Positions 57,048-64,000 of a DNA stretch of 64,000 nucleotides are shown here, one piece after another. Position numbers and translations under genes: made by a program. Position 1 is the first letter of the stretch; each line of letters begins with the position of its first letter. The notes beneath the pieces are model-generated. The model was not told the DNA's origin and made no database searches. It saw only the letters and a program-made list of their open reading frames with translations. Source of the stretch: Octopus sinensis (taxonomy: Eukaryota); the NCBI RefSeq assembly GCF_006345805.1, contig NC_043003.1:42222001-42286000 (forward strand), written 5' to 3'.

Positions 57048-58563
57048 ACATACATACATACATACATACACACACACACACGCATATATATATATATATT
57101 TATATATATATATATTATATATTATATATTATATATATATATTATATATATATATATATATATGCACAGGTGTGTGTGCGTGTACAAAGTGCCTGTATTT
57201 AAATTTATGTAAATTAACAAATAGAAGGCTGCCTTCTCTGTTAACAAGTGAATGATATACATATATCTTATTTCACCGAGTAGGAAGGAAAAAGAATGCC
57301 AAGAACACCATTAATACAGCACCACCACTACCAATAGAAAACAACAACAACATAGATGAAGGAACATGTGTGGTTGATTGACCCAGAAAAATAGCAGTCG
57401 AATTTCCGTGAAATCACACACGAACGTTTTATATAGAAGAGCACACTAGATAATGTTTACCAGAAGAATTGACGGAAACAATTTTTGATCATAGGTCTGT
57501 TTCCTCTAGCAGGACTGACCTAGGGCTAAAGAATAACAACAGCGATAGAAAAGCAACAGGGAGGAGAAGAACCAGACCAGCCACAACACTTCTCTCACTC
57601 TCCATCCTACCTGACGTTTGACATATTGTACTCTCCTCTACTCCTTTGACCTATGTCAGCGTAGTACAATATAATTGCTAGATCATATATCTACATTTAA
57701 ATATCCTTAGAGATAGAACGTTTGGAAACAGAAGAAATTCGACTGTGGAAGAATGAAATGAAGAAGAGAAGAAGAGGGTAAAAAAAAAACGAAGAATAGA
57801 AGTAGTAGAGAATGAGCGGTGGACGTCTTCAAATGAAGATAGAGAGAGAAGAGGGAGTTGTATATTGGCATTTTCTTGGAGGTTCCATACGAGTTAGTGT
57901 CTAAGTTGTAACACAATACCTGCATTGATGCCCAATTGGTCGCCTATGTATGTGTCTTTGTTTAGAAAGACGTATGAATATGTGTATTTATATTCTGTGT
58001 GAGTGTTTATGTTTGTGTGTGTGTATGAGCGTGCGTGAGTGCGTGTGCTTGTCTGTCTTTAATTCTCAGAGTGCACATGTAGTGACGTTGATCTTTATAG
58101 ACGCAGGTCTGTTTCTGTTTAACTGTCTCTCTCACTCACTTTCTCTGTCTCTCACTCACTTCCTCTCTCTGTCTCTCACTCACTTCCTCTCTCTCTCACT
58201 CTCTACCTCTCTCTCTCACTATCTTCCTTGCTCTCTTCTTTTCTCTCTCTATTTTTATGTCTCTTTCCCCTCTCTCAGTACGTTTATATATGTGTATGTG
58301 GTTGTGCGTGATAGTGATGCGTTTAAGTGTTCAAATATATCGTAGTTTATAAAGATGCATATTCATATATGCAAAAATATTTAGATATATGCGTATAGCT
58401 TTCCCCGCAAGTATATAGCTACGTGTATGATGAGTATGTGTATGACTATATACATGCGTGTGTGTGTTGTTTGTATATACGCATCTTTATCTGTAAGATT
58501 ATCATCAAAATCAGTGTTGTACTTACGTGCATATATACACACATACGCACACACATATATATG

Positions 58564-58615
<52 letters not shown>

Positions 58616-59712
58616 AGCATATATGCGTACACAGACACAAACATACACATACACGCACAAACACAAAACCATACACATACACATACACACACACACTCAT
58701 GAAGCGAGAGAGATACAGGGAGAGAAAAAGATGTTTGTGTGAGTGTACCTTTGAATATTTATTGCTCTGTATATACAAATTCATGTTATATATTATCCGG
58801 TCAGCTATATCATGTATAATGAAATTTATTTTAATATATATTTCTTAAAAAGATGCTGGCATCTCGTGGCCGTGAAGTGTTAGGGTTTTGGACACAATAA
58901 TCATAAGATTGTGGCTGTTTCGACTCTTGGACTGGGTGCTGCTTTTTGTTCTTGAACTATACCTTTCATTTCACGTTGATCCATTCTACTCACCTAGTAG
59001 AAATGAATATTCCTGCGAGGTATCTCAGTCTTGTTTAGAGGGGGTGGGTGTATATACCACAGAAAATCTAGGGAACCGGTCATATGTGTCAATATGACTC
59101 GAGAAGGAGTTTTATCCTTTATCTGAAAGAGACAGGGGTTACTTAAATATTTCAATGTATATTTCGAATAAAAGAAATTACTAGGAGACTCTTCGTGTCA
59201 TTTAATAAAATTCCTCTCATTTTCATCTTTCAATTATGCTAATTTCAACATTACGTCCAGAGTCAAACGATTCGCTTCCATTTACATTATCTTGGATGAG
59301 ACGATCATACATGCACTTGTTTCCAGTCATAACTTATATTAAAGGTCATTCAACTCACACATTTTGTTGGAGAAAATACTTATCTGTAGTAACTCTTCTT
59401 GTCCATTCCCTATCGTAATACACCTCGTTAACTTCTTCATTGTAAGTACATATTACATTTCAAGAATAATCTACATGCCGTTATCGAGTTCTTGACAAAA
59501 GAGAAGTACATGGTATCCATAGATCGCTCCAAGCTCTCAATGGAGATCACCGCATTAGCCAGAGACTTGTACAAAGTAGGTGAGTGGGTAGGTTAAAAAA
59601 GGAAAAAGCACGGCCCTATATTTGAGAGATGATGTATTACGTACATTATTTACATTTGACGGATATTTGTCCTCATCTTGTTTGTTGTTAGCACAACGTT
59701 TCAGCTGATATA

Positions 59713-61007
59713 CGAGGGGCGTTCAATAAGTAATGCTTCTGACCCACTTGCAGTTATTTGATCTAGCTGAAATGTGTGTGCATGTACAATTATTTATATC
59801 TTTATAAATTAAGTGGCAAATTACAGCTCTGAACTACTTGTGGTTTCTGATTTACAGGTGTTTGAACTGAGTCAAGTGTGAAATGGAGCCTGTTGAGTGT
59901 CGAGCAGTGATCCGGTTTTTGTATTTGAAAGAACGCACACCACGGGAGACTTTTGATGAAATGAAAGTAACTTATGGTGATGATGCCCCATCATATGACC
60001 TTGTAAAACGCTGGCATCGTGAATTCAAACATGGTCGGAACTCTGTGGAAACAGCTCTCAGATCTGGTCGCCCCCTTCTGCCATTGATGAGGCATCTGTC
60101 CGTCATGTTGAGGCTGCCATTTTGGAAGATCGACGCATAACTATTCGCCAAATAGCCCATGAGGTCAAGATTAGTACCGGGTCTGTGGAAAATATCATTC
60201 ATAACCATTTGCATATGCAAAAGATGTCTGCCAGATGGATTCCCAGGTTGCTCACAACTTTCCAGAAGCAAGAACGTGTCGATTGCTCGAGGATGAATTT
60301 GGAGATGTGCCAAGAAGATGAGTCAAAATTTTTCAAACGACTGATTACACAGGATGAAACCTGGGTCCATCACTATGATCCAGAGATCGAAGCCCAGTCA
60401 ATGCAGTGGACACACCGTGACTCACCTCCTCCAAAGAAGGCAATGGTGCAGCCCTCTGCTGGCAAGGTCATGCTCACAGTCTTCTGGGACCAGGACAGAG
60501 TACTGATGACAGATTTCCTGGCAAAGGGTGCCACAATTACAGGAGCCTATTATGCTTCACTTTTGAGGAATTTAAGAGAAGCTATCAAAATCAAGAGGCG
60601 GGGAAAGATCAGCAAAGGCATCCTCCTCCTGCAGGACAACGCTCCGGTTCACAACTCGCGTGTCGCCAGATCAGAAGCACAGGCGTGCGGCTATGAACTC
60701 ATCCCCTATCACCCCTATTCTCCTGACCTTGCACCCTCTGATTTTCACCTCTTCCCAGCCATGAAGTTGCTTTTGAAAGGAAAGCGTTTCCCAGATGATG
60801 CAGCCTTGATTTCTGAAGTCACGTTCAGCTTGGAGGACCAAGCTGGGGTCTTCTACAAAAACGGTCTTCAGAGCTGTATCAAACGATGTGAGAAATGCGT
60901 AACCCTGGGTGGTTCCTATGTAGAAAAAGACTAATAACTGTGCCAAGTTTCGTTGCTCTACTGCTATGGGAAGTGGATCAGGGGCATTACTTATTGAACG
61001 CCCCTCG
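59713..61007 (+). mobile_element. Full-length mariner (Tc1/mariner, DD34D) DNA transposon, probably irritans-like
   Basis: 37-bp TIRs (59713-59749 and 60971-61007; outer 24 bp CGAGGGGCGTTCAATAAGTAATGC perfect, 3 mismatches overall), flanked by TA at 59711-59712 and 61008-61009. Length 1295 bp, internal transposase. Subfamily guessed from the CGAGGG terminus and the WIPRLL motif. Confidence 0.95.
59883..60934 (+). pseudogene. Mariner transposase, about 350 aa after correcting one frameshift at 60071-60076
   Basis: ORF 59883-60140 gives the HTH N-terminus (MEPVECRAVIRFL...RSGRP). The frame of ORF 60122-60934 is open from 60077 (SAIDEASVRHVEAAILEDRRIT...) and contains WIPRLL, ITQDETW, LLQDNAPVH and YSPDLAPSD. 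Exactly 34 residues separate the 2nd and 3rd Asp. No internal stops. Confidence 0.92.
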
Positions 61008-61249
61008 TACTCTCCAACCTTCATCAGGTATCCTGGGGAAATTTCGAACCTTCGTTCCCATTCCTAAGGTATATTTCCGATGTTATTATTATTATTATTA
61101 TTTTTAATATTATTATTATTCAGGTCACTGCCTGGAATCGAACTCGGAAGCTTGGGGTTAGTAGCACTACGCCATATGCCCTTGGGCAATTATGGAGTGA
61201 ATTTTAGGGCTTATATATCTAATACTTTCCTTAGTATATCTCATACTTT

Positions 61250-61377
61250 CCTGAGGAATGAGAATCCAAATTCGAAATTTCCCCAGGGCACCTGATGAGG
61301 TCTGGAGAGTATATCAGCCGAAACGTGTTTGCAACAAACAAGATAGGGCAAATATCTGTCGAATGTAAATAAGGTAA
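61250..61377 (+). mobile_element. Headless SINE family C tail, inverted relative to the neighbouring copy
   Basis: GGAATGAGAATCCAAATTCGAAATTTCCCCAGGGCACCTGATGAGGTCTGGAGAGTATATCAGCCGAAACG...ACAAACAAGATAGGGCAAATATCTGTCGAATGTAAATAA; no tRNA head directly upstream. Confidence 0.8.
61287..61330 (+). ncRNA. Minimal type-I hammerhead ribozyme motif (degenerate copy)
   Basis: GGCAC-CTGATGA(61292-61298)-stem II closed by CAGCC-GAAACGT(61320-61326). Conserved core order with palindromic ACGT in place of helix III. This copy seems to have lost 2 nt at the cleavage site. Confidence 0.65.
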
Positions 61378-62934
61378 AAACAATATTGATGGCAAATTAA
61401 TTACTGGAAAGCCATCAAGTGTAACCGAAATGTTTAGCATTGATGCGTACTCTATCATGCTGTTTCTGTCTGAGAATTAAGCTAAGGATAATCTGACTCT
61501 GGAATAGTAGGTTATTTACACTCTAATAAAGTCAAATGGTATTTTAGTCGATGGAACTACTGAATGCTCATCATTTGAATACTCACCACACAGAGTTATC
61601 AGCTATGCATTTTCTCTTTAGTCTGTAATTACTGTTATTTTGTGAAGTCATTATCTAAGGAAGGTTCTGGTTTATGATGAGGATTAAAAGATTCATTTTT
61701 GGAATATCCGTAACGAAAATGCTTTCACATTTTGAGCTTGAGAAGAGCATTGCATATTTAGATTGTTTCATTTATAGATTGTATTTTTCAACTTGCGTGT
61801 GTGTTTGTATGCATGTATGTATTTCATTCACACACATAACCAATTCGTACACACACATACGTACGCACACACACAGACACACACACGCACATACACACAC
61901 ACACACTCACATACACATGTATTGAAATATGTCACACGTATAATCAACTAACTTTGTAATATTTCTTCCGACTCATTACGTTGTTGTTGTGTTGACTGAG
62001 TTTTAGTTAAATATGTCTTTAAATCTGTCAGAGTTATCTCTCTTCAGTATTTTCCATTGATTACGTCTAAAACGCTAGAAACGCAGTGTCTGGGAATCTG
62101 ACAGTACTGGACAAATATGGTAGGTTCACACCTTTTACCATACGAAGGAAATTTTTTTTTCCTCCACACTAACTGCAATGAATGTTTTGCCTTTAGAAGT
62201 TAAAATTTGTCACCAAAATATTTTAACTAACGAAAAGTTCGCGCACGCGCACACACACAATGAGATGGCAAAGAAATAAGCGACTGTCTTATGAACTTCA
62301 TCAGCTTACAAACTAATTCTGCAGAGCGATGCAGTGGCCTTATAGTTCAGTGTTTGAATAACACGTGATAACTTCATCAGAGCTTCGAATGAGAAATGCT
62401 CTTCATAAATTACACTTAGAGAGTGACCTATCAGGCGCTTAGCTGTATATGCAACCCGTCAGACTCAAATTGCCGGTGACACACACCTCTCTAGATTATG
62501 TGCCTCCAGCCATAAAAAGCAGTATTTTACACGTATGTATGTATGTATGCATGTATGTATGTATATAAATCCTTGTTTTTTTCTATGTATGAGTGCAACA
62601 ATATTTGTGTGTACAAATATGTCGTATGTATGCGTGTATATTCCTACATTTATGTATATGCCCAAGTATATTTATGATATGTGGCTATGCATCTTATATA
62701 TGCATAATAATTAAGGCATCATTGGAAGGTACCATAACGAAAAAAGGTAAACATTGCAAGTGATATTGTTTTCAATTCAGTTATCTACTCCTGTCTATGC
62801 ACATTGTGTATGTAATGTAAACAGTCTGAAAAACTACTTACAAGCATTATTAATTCTTCGAACAAAAAAAACTTTTACAAATCTCAATAACTCCATTGTT
62901 CACATTGGTAAAAGATTCTTTATTGTGTTGATTT

Positions 62935-64000
<1,066 letters not shown>

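Larger units (their letters stand above)
59691..61032 (-). ncRNA. Minimal type-I hammerhead ribozyme motif split by the mariner (halves 61008-61032 and 59691-59712)
   Basis: With the mariner removed, the minus strand reads GATAC CTGATGA A GGTTG GAGAGTATAT CAGCT GAAACGT T GTGCT. Confidence 0.65.
59640..61181 (-). mobile_element. SINE family C copy interrupted by the mariner
   Basis: Head rc at 61118-61181, (AAT)n at about 61083-61120, tail at 61010-61080 continuing at 59640-59712 on the other side of the mariner. Collinear with the uninterrupted copy at 44321-44645. Confidence 0.85.

Noticed and set aside
59972-61024. Antisense ORFs 59972-60313 and 60671-61024
   Set aside because: Shadow ORFs of the mariner transposase with no independent motifs.
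62294-62380. Other CTGATGA hammerhead-like cores (62294-62304, 62370-62380; also near 2519, 9199, 11185, 34787, 41295, 45150)
   Set aside because: None is followed by a hairpin plus GAAA plus a pairing helix I.

Overview
AT-rich eukaryotic genomic DNA packed with microsatellites and SINEs. The SINE families look like those I associate with Octopus genomes, so the organism is inferred, not proven. There is one 100-N scaffold gap (43147-43246). Almost all ORFs in the track are microsatellite translations. The only clearly recognisable protein-coding sequence is a 1295-bp DD34D mariner transposon (59713-61007), whose transposase is broken only by one missing base in a C-run. Also present are an internally deleted mariner, a pogo/Tigger-like MITE, fragments of RTE, R4/Dong and Tx1-like LINEs, and at least four tRNA-headed SINE families. 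Best novel lead: one SINE family (tRNA head + (AAT)n + tail) carries a minimal type-I hammerhead ribozyme of the kind known from Penelope-like elements. The mariner is inserted in the loop of one such ribozyme, and an inverted headless tail copy lies beside it. Second lead: another SINE family forms head-to-tail multimers with the same junction at three independent loci. A tentative multi-exon host gene runs on the minus strand (exons between 30.5 kb and the left edge), supported only by splice signals.
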